Assembly: GCF_009914755.1 (NCBI RefSeq)
Contig: NC_060927.1
From: the human T2T-CHM13v2.0 reference genome, Homo sapiens
Length of the DNA: 64,000 nt
Direction: 5' to 3' (one strand)
Part shown: piece after piece, positions 12,011-27,700 of the stretch
Numbering within the stretch: the first letter of the stretch is position 1
Layout: each line of letters opens with the position of its first letter
The notes under the pieces: model-generated
The model's database searches: none
What the model was told of the DNA's origin: nothing
What the model saw: only the letters and a program-made list of their open reading frames with translations
Made by a program: the position numbers and the translations under genes

Positions 12011-12409
12011 ATGAACCCTAGTTCATAGGCAGTATTGTGATCCTATGAGCTCTCTGATATTTCCTAGTACATTTATCATTACTTGTTACTTAATATTTTG
12101 TTGACATCTCAAAAACTGAGTCTTTCCCATTTTGAAAAGCAGGAAAATATAACTTCTGAATATCTGCTCATTTGCTTTCTCGTATTGGGCTTCTGTACTG
12201 AGTCAGACACATGGTAGATACTGGGAATACAGCAGTAATCCTATAGCCAGGTCTCCAGGACTCAACAAGCTTACATTCCTGGAAAAATCTCACTGTTACT
12301 GGGAGTAAACTTTCTTTCTGAACTGGCATACCAGAAAATTGAGTCCAGGATGTACAAATCTGTGCTAAAAATTTTGTTTGCTACTTTTTAAGTGGACTTG
12401 ATAAAATAT

Positions 12410-12630
12410 GAAGCACATGCTTTGTGTTCAGCCTGTTCTTACCTCTTTATGTACATTCCCTCATTTATTCTCACTGTAACATGGAGTGCTATCATTATCT
12501 TCATTTTTCAGTAGAGGAAACTGAAGCAGCGAAGGCATCACTTGCTCAGGTCATACAGTCAGTAAGTGGCAGAGCCATAATTTGAATCCAGAAAGCCTAA
12601 CTCTGGAAATTTTTAACAACCCTGATACAT
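12410..12630 (-). mobile_element. MIR SINE
   Basis: gaggaaactgaagca...cttgctcaggtcatacagtcagtaagtggcagagcc. Confidence 0.75.
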
Positions 12631-12829
12631 AAGGTTAATGCAGCTGACCTTGTGTATTTACTAAAAGATAGCTACTGTTGACCTCTTCATTGAAAGTTTA
12701 AGATCATGAGTTATTTAATTTGGTTTGGCCATGCAGTCAGTTTGGAATGTTCTTTATCTTCATCTTAACATAATCCAGTTCATTTTACAAGACCTAGCAT
12801 GCTATAAAATTAGCGTTTAGTTAGGAAAA

Positions 12830-13613
<784 letters not shown>

Positions 13614-13719
13614 CATGAGGTGCTGTTTTGTGGAGCTGTCATTTAGAGGTCCTCTGAATGCAGAATTCCCATGACCCTTACTTAGTACTTCTCTTTTGCA
13701 GCATTGTCGGTGTAACAGT

Positions 13720-13965
13720 AGTGCTGAGCACACAGTCACTTATTATCTACTAGCACTGCTATGAGTGTCATTCATATAGTAACCTCATTAATCTTACAAG
13801 AGCCTTGTGAAGTAACAAAAACTATTATCTCAATATTCCAGATGGGGAAACTGAAGCACAGTAACATTTTCTTCAATATCACACAGTTAGTAGCAAAACC
13901 TGAATTCAAATCCAGACTACCTGGCTTCAGCGTCGATTCTCCTAACCACTACCCTCCACTGCCTC
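13720..13965 (-). mobile_element. MIR SINE
   Basis: cagatggggaaactgaagcaca...atcacacagttagtag...gaattcaaatccagact. Confidence 0.8.
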
Positions 13966-14485
13966 TCAAGATTTTTTTGTCTCTTTCACCTTTCTAACTC
14001 ACTGAGCACCCAGTAGTGGGCACGACGTAGCAGGTGCTCATTAAATACTTGTTTGAACAAAATGATTTTCTAATTTTAATATTATGTTGTAGTTGCTTAG
14101 AATCTTAAATTTTTATAGTCACTTGGGTGTGTTTTCCAAACTGTTCTTTTTTTTTGTTTTTAATGTTTCAAAAATCCTACCTCCCAGTCTGACTGTTCAT
14201 TTTTATACTTTTTCACCTTCATAGCTGAATGTTTAGTCTGGAAAGCAGCATCCACAGGGTCAAATATCCAGGGTTATTTCCTGGATATCTTCATTGGACA
14301 TCTCCAATGTTACCTAGGGAAGTGATACTGCAACAAAAAATACTTCTCATTGATAGGAACAGAACCAGTTATGATTCTTGAAGCCTTAATATTATTGAGG
14401 CAAGCAGTCTTTAAACAGCTACTTTCTGTTGTCAGTCTGCTATTGATGGCTTACTAGACTTTGAAAGTTTTACATAGATGATCTC

Positions 14486-14798
14486 TTTTTTTCTTTTTTG
14501 CCTTTTAATAGTTGAGACAGGGTCTCACTTTGTTGCCCGGGCTGGAGTGCAGTGACATAATCATAGCTCACTGCAGCCTCTACCTGCCCAGCTCAAGCAA
14601 TCCTCCCACCTCAGCCTCCTGAGTAGCTGGGATTACAGAAATTTGCCACAAATCCAGGCTAATTTTAAATTTTTTTTTGTAGAGATGAGGTCCCCGTATG
14701 TTGCCCAGGCTGGTCTTGAACTCCTGGCCACAAGCAATCCTTCTAGCTCAGCCTCCCAAAAGTGCTGAGATTATGGGTATGAGCCCCTGCGCCCAGCC
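14486..14798 (-). mobile_element. AluJ
   Basis: J-type atcatagctcactgcagcctc; TSD atgatctctttt / ataatctctttt. Confidence 0.92.
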
Positions 14799-15174
14799 CA
14801 TAATCTCTTTTAAATGCCCAGTACAACCCTATGAGCTTCCTGATAAAATTTTCCAATTCACTTACTTTGTATCCTTTTTTGTTACCCAGTTCTTTTTCCA
14901 ACTATTACCATGTCAAATTTCAAGATGAAGAAACAGGTTCATATACCTCAACCAGTAAGTCGCAGAAAGGGGATTTGAACTGGTATCTGTCTAACTACAA
15001 AACTTACAGAGGTTTCAGTGAAACTCAATACCCCATAACATGAAATCATGCTGTGATGAGGGAAATGCAGCTTTTCCTTATGATGCCTGAGAACTGATGA
15101 TGCTTTTTTATGTACACACTGTACACTGATTTCATAAAACACTTTAACCTGGAAGATATGAGTGACTCCCTTTA

Positions 15175-15512
<338 letters not shown>

Positions 15513-15533
15513 TGAAAAAATGACCTCTTGAGA

Positions 15534-15832
15534 GGCTGGGTGTGGTGGTTAATGCTGTAATCCCAGCACTTTGGGAGGCTGAGGTGGGTGGGTTGCTTGA
15601 GCCTAGCAGTTTTGGACTAGCCAGGAGAACATAGTGAGACATTGTCTCTAAAAAAAATTTTTTTTAATTAGCTGGCATGGTGGTGGCATGCATCTGTGGT
15701 CCCAGTTGTTCAGGGGGCTAAGGCAGGATTGCTTGAGCCCAGGAGTTCTAGGGTGCGGTGAGCTATGATCATGGGACCGCACTCTAGTCTGGGCTGCGGA
15801 GTAAGACGTTGTCTCTAAAGAAAGAGAAAAAA
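15534..15832 (+). mobile_element. AluJ
   Basis: Divergent dimer; TSD aaaaaatgacctctt / aaaaaagacctctt. Confidence 0.9.
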
Positions 15833-16839
15833 GACCTCTTCAGGCCACAGAGAGCAAAGTAAAGCATCTGAAATACATTTACCTTTTTTTCCTTTAGTGA
15901 GGAAAAACATTAACAAACATTTTAAATGTAACTGGGAAAGAACATTTAAGAAATTCATGCCCCTCTCTTGTATTCCAGCTTTCTTCTAGTTGGGTTCTGC
16001 ATATGATTGTGTTATTAGGGACTATGCCTTTAAAAATGAAAAAATAAAAATAAAAAGGCCATGGTTAGCCTGTGAGCACATTTTTTTATTCTGGCTCTGG
16101 CCACAAGAACCAAGTTTGACTAGGCTCTGTATCAAAATAAAATCCAGAGAGGCATTCCTAAACTTGGACCTTTTGTCCACACTCACTTCCTGTTGACCGA
16201 GTGACATCCCTTCAGCTGGCCCTCCATCAAGCTGTTTGCACAGAATAGGGAGCAGTGTTTTCAAGGGCAGCAAATCTTGCAGCTTATTAAAAGTAGCATG
16301 GTATGCAACTCAGATGCCAGTTCTCTTTCCTTTTTGGGTTTCCTTGAGTCCAAAGGTCAATAGGAACACAGAAAAGCTCAGTGTATTGGTTTGTAATTCC
16401 ACTCCCACTATGGCTCAATAGTACAATATATTCAGATCCTTGTCTCATTGAGTTCTTCAATCTTCAATCTTTGTTCCCTAAACACAGGCTTGTGTGAACA
16501 TGCTATTAGCTAGCAGGGTTCAATTTCAGTATTAGGGGTTACATTCAGTTTCAAGCTCCTCACAGTTGTCTACACTGGGTATGAATCTGGAACTGCTGCC
16601 AATTTTCTTTGAGGGCATTTTAGTATCATTATCTCAGTGCTTATGCTATTATCTCTGAAGTGTTGTTTTCCAGCGATTTTCTGCCTCTAAAAAGACAGGA
16701 TGGTTTAGCCATTTTATCAATGAAATTTAAGCATGTAGTGTCGCTGACTCTTGTGATTTCCTTCACTTCTTTTGTTCTACTACCTACCTGAGGAAATACT
16801 TTAATATTTCCAGTGAGAAGGCACCTTAAGGGAGTCTCT

Positions 16840-17319
<480 letters not shown>

Positions 17320-17915
17320 TCTGGCCCACATCTGGTCTTCTAAGCAATTCTGAGAGGGATTTTAGAGCCTCTTTTTAATACTCCCAATAATAGAGATGCC
17401 ACTGGTGTAAAATTTGCTGGACAGCTAAACTCTGCCTACTTATAATTTCTACACTTAGTCTTTATTTCATCTCTTTAGAGCAAATGGAATAAGTCTAATA
17501 TGACCCATCTAATATTTAAAGATAGATAACGTTTCCCAACTCCTCACCTCCAATTCCTCCCTCTCTTTCTCTTTCTCTCTCATGTCTCTTTCATTGCCTG
17601 TTGCTTACTCTTCCCTCACCCCTCCCTTTTATCTCTTTTCATGCTAAGCATTTATTTTCAGCCATTCTCTGCTTTGCCTGGCTTCCAAACTTTTCAACGT
17701 GACCATTCCTATTTTATTAATGGACTCTAGTTACCAACTTGTCAGTTTATTATATGTGTTGTAAAAAAGTGCAGGGGCTATTTAAAATTGTAGAACAGAG
17801 ATCTACTGTGCTGATTCTGAAATATTTAAAAGCGTTCTCTTGGTGTCTACCAGGCCATGATATCTAGGAGGACCCAACGAGTGACAATAGGGTTTCAGAC
17901 GTGATTGTTAGGTAG

Positions 17916-17918
<3 letters not shown>

Positions 17919-17949
<31 letters not shown>
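17919..17949 (+). repeat. A31 homopolymer
   Basis: Directly visible; no attached SINE or LINE body recognised. Confidence 0.95.
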
Positions 17950-17951
<2 letters not shown>

Positions 17952-18463
17952 TGGAAAGTAGCCACTTAAATGAGAACTATGCTAAATAGTACTAAAGCTT
18001 CAGTACTAAAATACAGAATTACAATTTGAACTTCCATTAGCTACATTCACTACCTAATGCCATGTAAACAAGTAAAGTCCTAAAGTAGAATTTAGGCCAT
18101 TCTTTTCAGATCTAGTGCATTGCACTAAGATGATTAAATTAAGCTTCAGAATCAGGAAGCAGTTGGCCGGAACTCAGATATTTGTGTGAATCTGGGCCTG
18201 AATTTTTGCTGAGCAACTCCATAACCAGGGGCTCAGTATGTATGAGGCATATCTTAATTTCTATGTAAAAGTCTGCTGTACACTTTTCATGTTCTGCATA
18301 AATCCATCATCCTGAAGTCCTAGGTTATATCACTTTTCTTAACTGTTGGTTTATATTTGGCAAAATGTCACTCAAAGAAATATCAATTGATAACACCACT
18401 TTAATTTAATGTAGGAATGCTTCCTGATTTATAATTAGACTTTTCACACAGAAATAGCAGATA

Positions 18464-18688
18464 CATTGGTGTGCTGCACCCATTAACTTGTCATTTACAT
18501 TAGGTATATCTCATAATGCTATCCCTCCCCCCTCCCCCTACCCCACAACAAGCCCTGGTGTGTGATGTTCCCCTTCCTGTGTCCAAGTGTTCTCATTGTT
18601 CACATGCAACAAACCTGCACATTGTGCACATGTACCCTAGAACTTAAAGTATAATAAAAAAATAAATAAATAAAAATAAAAAATAAAA
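18464..18688 (+). mobile_element. Short 5'-inverted L1PA (about PA3-PA5) 3' end
   Basis: Antisense L1 3'UTR (18464-18600) joined to sense L1 terminus ...accctagaacttaaagtataat and A tail; 14-bp TSD agaaatagcagata. Confidence 0.93.
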
Positions 18689-18847
18689 AGAAATAGCAGA
18701 TATAATCTAAAAATTCTTAGTGTATTTTTTTTACCCTCAAATACTCAAGCACTGCACTGGTGATTGATTGTAAAGAAGCATAAACAAATCAGGTTAAGTG
18801 ATCAAGAAATGCTAAACTTGTTGAAACATCCACAAATGCAAGCAAGA

Positions 18848-19151
18848 TTTTTTTTTTTTTTTTTTTTTTGAGATATGGTCTCTCTCTGTCACCCAAGCTG
18901 GAGTGCAATGGCATGATCTAGGCTCACTGTAACCTCCGCCTCACAGGTCCAAGCAATTCTCCTTCCTCAGCCTCTCAAATAGCTGGGATTACAGGCGCCA
19001 GCCACCACACCCGGCTAATTTTTATATTTTTCGTAGAGATGGGGTTTCACCATGTTGACCAGGCTGGTCTCAAACTCCTGACCTCAAGTGATCTGCCTGC
19101 CTTGGCCTACCAAAGTGCTGGGATTACAGGCTTGAGCCACTATGCCTGGCC
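18848..19151 (-). mobile_element. AluS (Sx/Sz-like)
   Basis: Full dimer; 16-bp TSD cacaaatgcaagcaag. Confidence 0.95.
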
Positions 19152-19473
19152 CACAAATGCAAGCAAGCTTAACAAATACCTTTAAGTGCTATATGTAGTA
19201 CTAGATCTTCTAAAAATGTATACTAACCACATCAGCACACATTATTCAAGTGTCTTTGATATGTCAGATGTTGGTCACTTAGAATGCTCCTGACCTTAGG
19301 AATATTATCAATTACATTTTCATGATCATTTTATACTTGTAATTTCTACAGCATTTTATGCTTACTCCAGAATTTGTTTTTAACTTTAGGTATTTTTGTT
19401 TAGAGATTTAAAACCTGACTTTTGATGGAGTACCATATTGAAAAACATCTGAAAAATTTAAAAATTGCTTTCT

Positions 19474-19781
<308 letters not shown>

Positions 19782-21318
19782 GAAAATTGCTTTCTAGAAA
19801 TTGTTTTAGTGGCAGAATAGTCATTTGCTCTTATGTTGTCTTCGAGAAAAAATAAAATCTGTCATTGATTTGCTGCTCATATTTTAGAATTGAAAATGAG
19901 TATAAAAAATGTGAGCTTATGGGAGTGTATTTATTGATCTATTGTAACTGTTCAGACAAGGGGATAAGCACTTTGTGATAGAAGACCCAAAAACCTACCA
20001 TATTTGAGAGGTTTTCTCATAAACAGGATCTAATCTTCCAAATTGTGTCTATAACTTCTAGAATTATCATGAACGTAGTTTATGGCCATGGGGGCAAAAA
20101 GGGATGGAGAGAGGCAAAATTTGGAGACAGAAAGAAGGAAAAAAAACAGATGAGCACAATTTGCATACACGTTTTATAAATTCATAAAATTTTACTTTTT
20201 TGAAAACGCATGATTCTGTGAGAAGAATTTAGTCTTTTTTATACTTTATTTAATCTAAATCTAAAAAAGAGCTTTCTGTTTTAAAGAGAGCAGAAACTCA
20301 GATATACATAGAGTATATATATCCCATAGATATTTTGATTTTTTTAAATATAAAATACATTTCAAATTTTTCATATAGGCCATTCCACTGGGAAATAGTA
20401 AAACAACATGAGCACTATAGATGTGAGTGTTTTGGTGAGGTCTAAGGATCAATTCCCTAATTGTGCTTTATCTAAGAATGGATAAAGTTTCATTTTCTAT
20501 TCTGTGAACTGGAAGCAAAATTCACAAATATTACAATGGTGAAATTACGGGATTTTTTAAGTTAATGGCATCTATGGCATTGTTTGTAAAATTCCAGTAG
20601 CCCTTCATAACTGCATATGGATAATTATTGGAAGAAGAAAATAAATATCTGAAAAAAACTGATATACTACAGGATAGACAGAGAATTGATTTCACTTCCC
20701 AATACTCTAGGTAGGGTGGATGGTATGCTTTATTGGATAGTAAGTAAATATTTTCTTCATTCCAATATATTTCATTGTCCTCTTGAGATTTGCATTCCCT
20801 CTGCTAGGCATCCCCTGCCGTACACACTCTGGGAACTTGTTCTTACACCTCAAAAGCCTTTTTTACCCCAATACTCATCTAAGCTGACCTATGTATAGCC
20901 GGATCCAGAGCCTTTTCCGTTTTAGGCTGTTTGTCTGAGAAATAAATGCAAACCCTCTTTTATAAAATTCATATTTGTGCAGGAATTAATCAACACCGAT
21001 TCTGACAACAGCTGAAACAGCACATTGTAAACATTCCAGAAAAATCAAATAATATAAACCAAATTTAGAATTGTGAAATTTCCACCCCAGAAATTTGGAT
21101 ATGTGGAAGTAATAGCTACCAAAGAAAATCACAATGATAAAACTTGATGTGGACTAAAAAAATACAATTTGTAAAATGTGCATGAAAAATAACTGACCCA
21201 GAAAATAATTTCCATAAAGTGAAATGAAAATGTTTTGATAGCACGTATGTAAAATTGATAAAGAGATGGACTTGGCTAAATGCAGTTGATTTTGGAATAT
21301 ACTTTATGAAAGTGTTTC

Positions 21319-21631
<313 letters not shown>

Positions 21632-21914
21632 TCAATGCTTACATAATCTGATCTAAAAGGTTTTGTATCCATAAACATGTAGTTAAAATGTCCCAAAAAT
21701 GGTGGGATCAGAATACCCTTTCCTCTCAAGAGCTTAATGGGTTATTCCTCCCAGGGATACTTATGTCTTTGCAGAGCTCAGATTTGTTAAATGTGAGAGT
21801 TTAACAAAGTGAAAAGTTAACAGTGAAAATTCAACAGTGCCATCCCCGAGGACAGTTTCATCCAGTGAGGAATGGAAACTTCGTATTTTGTTACCAGGAG
21901 AATGGTGGTCAATT

Positions 21915-22078
21915 CCCTTGCTACTCAAACGTCTACAAAACAGGAGCATCAGCATCACCTGGGGGCTTGCCAGACAGGCAGACTTTGTATCAAACCAAGT
22001 GTACTGAATCAGAATCTGCATTTTAACAAGATCTCTAGATGATTCTTATGTACAATAAAATTTGAGAAGGACCGTTGT
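21915..22078. mobile_element. MER5B-like MITE
   Basis: agcatcagcatcacctggggg...tactgaatcagaatctgcattttaacaagatc...aaaatttgagaag. Confidence 0.8.
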
Positions 22079-22977
22079 AGTCAAATGCTGTGTAAGTCAG
22101 GCTTCAACCATGAGACTTACATGGATTGTTTTCATTTCTGTTTATTTCAACTAATGACTCCATGGTGATGCCACCCACATTTATGCTTGTTATGAGATAC
22201 GTCTTTTATTCTTCATTTGCTCAATTTTTTCACTTCATTTATGAGGAAACACAAATGATATGATTTGAAAAGAAAACCTTGTCATCTCTTTCAGAGCGGA
22301 ATTTTGTAGCTAGAATATTTATAGAATACGAGACACTGATGTTCCATGTGTCCTTGTTTGCGGCGTCTGATGTTTTTGTTGTTAATAACCGCCCTTCCCT
22401 TGGTGTTTGAGCATCTCAAGTGTTCTTGCTGAGGCAGCAAGGAAAATGCAGTTCTGTGCATCTGCAGGATGTTTTCCTGGTAATGACTATGATGCTAAGC
22501 CTCTATCCCTCTCAGTATTTATCAAATTTGGACATAAACTTCAGGAACAAAAATAGAACTTGGACCATGAGAGTTAAGCCACATTTGGTTAACCCATTTG
22601 GGGATCAGTGTAAACTGTCTTTTGTCACGTAGCAATTCCCTAGTATTTTCCCTCTTTTTCCATTACTTGTACATTCATCTAGGAGCCTGACTGACTATTT
22701 TGGTCTCCAGTCCATTTACAGTGTTCCTTGGAATAACAGAAAGGGAGCCGTTCTAAGTCTTAGGAGGCTTGAGTTAGCATAGTGCCTGATAACATTGCAG
22801 CCATTCAATACATGTCACTTGTTTCCTCTCTTTTTTTCTTAATATTAATAACTAGATAGTCACTTTGATGTACTGTTTAGGTCTTCTATCTTTCACTTAT
22901 CTGCACAATGAAAATTAGACAGAAAGATCATTCCTGATCTATGTATATATGATCTTTCAGTCTTATTTTAATTTCGC

Positions 22978-22980
22978 ATA

Positions 22981-23025
<45 letters not shown>
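22978..23025. repeat. (TA)n microsatellite
   Basis: Directly visible. Confidence 0.97.
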
Positions 23026-23027
<2 letters not shown>

Positions 23028-23265
23028 CCATAGACCTGTTATGCATATTATTCATGGTGCTTTTTAAGTTGGTACGTCCTAAGACAAGAGTCCCTTGGAC
23101 TACCAGTTTTCAACATACATTTCTTAGGTACCATTCTGCTTTGGGGGAAACTGAGTGAACAGGGATCAGTTTCCTCCTTGCCAACACTGTGCCCACTGTA
23201 CATATTATGGTTCTTTATAAAATTTTGATTGGAAAAAGTTTCCAAGCTCTTACAAATAAGTGTGC

Positions 23266-23490
23266 AAGACCAGCCTGCAAAACATAGTAAGACTCTGTCT
23301 CTACAAAAAAATAAAATTTAAAAAATTAGCCAGGCATGGTGGTGTGTGCCTGTATCGTCGCTACTCAGGAGGATGAGGCAGGGAATTGCTTGAGCTTAGG
23401 AGTTCCAGGTTACAATGAGCTATGATTGTGCCACTGCCCTCTAGTGCGGACAACGTAGCCAGATCCAGTCTCTAAAAATAGCAACAAGAA
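23266..23490 (+). mobile_element. 5'-truncated AluJ
   Basis: Begins at aagaccagcctg; linker and right monomer present. Confidence 0.88.
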
Positions 23491-23939
23491 TAATTGTGAG
23501 ACCTGATTCTTTAAGAAGTTAAAAAATCATTAGTGCAAAGCAACTCAAAAACACTGTAATGGGAAGTAATGTAACACATTTATGTGTGTGGCCTTTTCAC
23601 TTCTGTGAAGTGAAAAAAAATCAGAAAAGCATGGCTCCTAAAATGTCTTTTGAATGAATTAAGCCACTGGATACCTATATAAGTAGTATTACTTCGATTT
23701 TTGAATTTCTACATAGATCTTTTTTTTTAGGTACTGCCTTAAAAGTTTCTGATTACTTTTCTCTCACATGCCTTTATCCTATTTTGAATTTTTAAAGTGC
23801 TATGTTTTATGCCAGTCAATTATGAAGTTATCATAAACCAAACACATTTAGCCTAAATGGTCGATAGAAATTTCTTCTTTCCAGGTTCATTTTAATGCAG
23901 TTATTTTTAACTACTATTACCTATTAAATGCCCCTTCTG

Positions 23940-24237
<298 letters not shown>

Positions 24238-24238
24238 G

Positions 24239-24540
<302 letters not shown>

Positions 24541-24699
24541 GCCCCCTTTGGAGTTTATACTTCACTCATTTCTTACTATAAAGTTTAAGAAAATCTATTT
24601 CTAACCTATTTGTTCTGCTGAACATTAAATGCCCTGTGATTAAAAGCCAAGTAAGTATTCACCAAGTGTTTCTTGATCAACATTATGGGCCACTCCTTA

Positions 24700-26450
24700 A
24701 GTGACTCCTAAATCCGCTGCATGTTCATGTCCATTTTGTTCATGGAAATGTAAACACAAGAGTAATTAAACACTGTGACTCAAATTAAGAAAGGTGACCA
24801 GGCTGATGTCTGTCCTTGTAACTTCATGAGTAAAGTTTCCTATTTATCTTAGGCTCCAACTTCACATAATAATAGCACCTGCCACCTGTAGATGCAGCAA
24901 TGTTTCTGAAGGATATAGTCTTCTTTCTTCTCAGCAGTGTGGGGACAAAGGTCACGTTGCAGCAACATCCTGAGCTAAGCCTTTACTACCAACTGGATTC
25001 TACTTTGAAACTCAATCAGTTATCCTTAAACAAGAAATCTGAGTTTCTGCGGAAGGAAAGAGAGTAATAGCCAGATACGTCATGCCTCCAAAATTGGTAA
25101 CTGAAGTGGCTTTCCCTCACATTTATCTTGGTTGGGTGAAACAAGGTCATAGGTTTACCTCATTATTTTAAGAGTTATCTCATTTTGTAATTATTATTTA
25201 AATTCATACTCTGTAATAGGGAAGAAAACAATAAAAATGTTGTCTTTCTTACAGGCATATCACAGGTGGGAGATAATTTACATCTGTTAAATATGATAAT
25301 TTTTTCCTAAAGGTTCTTTACACCTTGAGTTAGCATTAAGATATTTAAGATGGCCTATTTTAGATTTATAGATTTTGTTGGAATTAGTTTAACCTTTTGG
25401 ATCATGAAGATATTTAGCAGTGGGGATTTAGAATAATTTATATCAAATCTTCTAGATGGTGACAAATTAATTATACTTTAAATAAGCCCTGATCATTCAT
25501 CAGCCTTCAAGTTCAGTTCTATAGCTTTCAGCAGCATAGCTGACATATTATCCACTCGTGTCATATGTCATCATGCAAACTTCGTGAATTATAACTGTAA
25601 CATTAATTGGATGAAAGTTTTCTTGATGGGAAAGATTATTGATTAAATGGAGTAATTTGAAGAAAATAAAGCCCAACACAAATTGAGAAAAGAAAAAAAA
25701 AACACAGTCAACAATAGGATATATGGTAGCAACTGGTTTTATGGACACTGCTAAACTAAATACCAAAGGTGTATTTTATTCCTGTGAATAAAACTGAGTG
25801 CAAATAATGGAGGAATTTAGCAGAAAACTTACAAGGTCATTTACCTAAGGGTTCTTTATGATGGAATTCCGTTGTCAGAAAAAGGGGTTCATGAGTTTTT
25901 ACCAATTTTCCTTAGGGGTTTTTAGAGCAAGTTTGAATGGAAGCAATAAAACGTATCATCTTATATAGCAAAAATATTTGTGTGCTAGAGATGGTAATGA
26001 CTACATTACAATAAAGATTTTGAAAATGTCACTTTGTGTTTGTTTTCATCTTGATAATTTGTGTGAGATTGTAAATGCATCATTCTGTAATCTCATTGGC
26101 TGGATTGTAAAATCATTTCCCATTAAAAGTTTTTCATTATATGTTAAACTGTAATGAAACTGTTCAAATTCTTTGACTATGGCTAAAAAGGAGCTAATTG
26201 CCATCACCAGTAAATTCATTCTGCCTTTTGGGTATAAAATTCTCCTGATTAACTTTTTCTACCCTCTCAAGATTTCTGGAGATTCAGGATAATGGAGTTT
26301 TCTTGGATCTGGAGTTTGACAAAACCTAGTCTACATCCCAGTTCCTTCAACATTCTCTAGAAGCACTAGTTGTAAAGAATTTGTAAGACCTATAAAACAG
26401 ATGTCTATCAAATCAGGCATTTAAGTATGAGTTCAATGATTGAGATCATT

Positions 26451-26494
<44 letters not shown>

Positions 26495-27700
26495 GTAAAT
26501 AGCAGTTAAATTGCAACTGATCAAGAGGTATTCAGGATGGTGAGTTTGGACTGCATGGCTCCCTTCATGGACTCATTTATAATTTAAACAAGTGTTTTAT
26601 TAGAGTTATTTCCCATTTACTAGTTAAGTGATTTATTTATGGTCTATTCAGAGTCTATTAATTACATACATTTCAGAATAAGTAGCAAATAGTCATTGTA
26701 ATAGTTTCCATAGTGTACTAATCTTACTCCTCTTTAAATTTCGTCTGAAGTTTTGAATCTTCACAGAATTAGCTAGACATATATGTTACCCACTACAAAT
26801 GACGTCTGAATCTCTTAACAAGGATGAATAAAAAGACCTGAAAAGTTAGCATGGTGGGTACTCTCAAACTATTTTGTTTTTTATTTGCATAGCTTTCCTA
26901 AGTAAAAAATGTCTGGGAAAGGCAATGCCAAGAATCTCTTGGTAGACAGGCATGCTCCACACATATACAGTAGGAGCCAAACAGTCATTTATGGTAATTT
27001 CATTAAATGGAAGCTTGATATGCAAGGGAAAAATTTTTGTATGTGCATGTGACTATTTTTCAATAACCAAGTAACACTAGTATTAATAACATGCTAAATC
27101 AGCATGTATTAATTTTTTTTCAGACTGGCCAAAAAAAATTTACTTCCAAGATTACTGAATGAATATTAAGATTGCTTATCTTGACCTTCCTTATCACTGC
27201 GTCATGTGCTGCATCAGTTTTGTTATTGTTCTTTGTTCTGTTCTGATGTTTACTGACTTGGAACATATGCTATTATAACTACACCACAATCTCTCTTCTA
27301 TTTCTCTACCATAACCTTGCAAGGGGTTAGGCAAACTTGGAGACGTGTCAGAAGAAGAGCTTACCAACCTCATATGTTAGCCGTATTGCACAGCAGTACT
27401 GCAGAAATGAGCTGCAAATTCCAAGCAACATATTGAGTTTGTGATTTATTTGTTTTCCAGGCAGGCCAATTAATTGTTTTGCTGTGATGCTGCCCTAAAT
27501 TGTAAATAGAAAGAGCAAGAAAATGAATTGTCACATTCTGTGCCTGTGTCTCTTGCTACTTAGGATGACAAAAGCAGTTTCTGCTCCGACTGCAAGTGAT
27601 ATTGTAAAATATGAGAATTAGGCTGGACCTAAATGTGTTGGTCAGTGTGTTTCAGAGGTGCGTTTTAGAATGGCTTTAAAGACATTGTACTAAGACTTTA
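24700..27700. promoter_or_regulatory. Candidate enhancer / conserved non-coding region
   Basis: No recognisable interspersed repeat; clustered FOX, AP-1, homeodomain, SOX and PBX-HOX-like motifs. Function is inferred only. Confidence 0.35.
26455..26490. repeat. T36 homopolymer
   Basis: Directly visible. Confidence 0.95.

Noticed and set aside
26434-26490. Rho-independent terminator
   Set aside because: Eukaryotic context and a weak AT-rich 7-bp stem; the resemblance is coincidental.
27385-27406. miR-25/32/92 family gene (TATTGCAC seed)
   Set aside because: Only the 8-mer matches; the rest differs from the mature sequences I recall and no precursor hairpin is evident.
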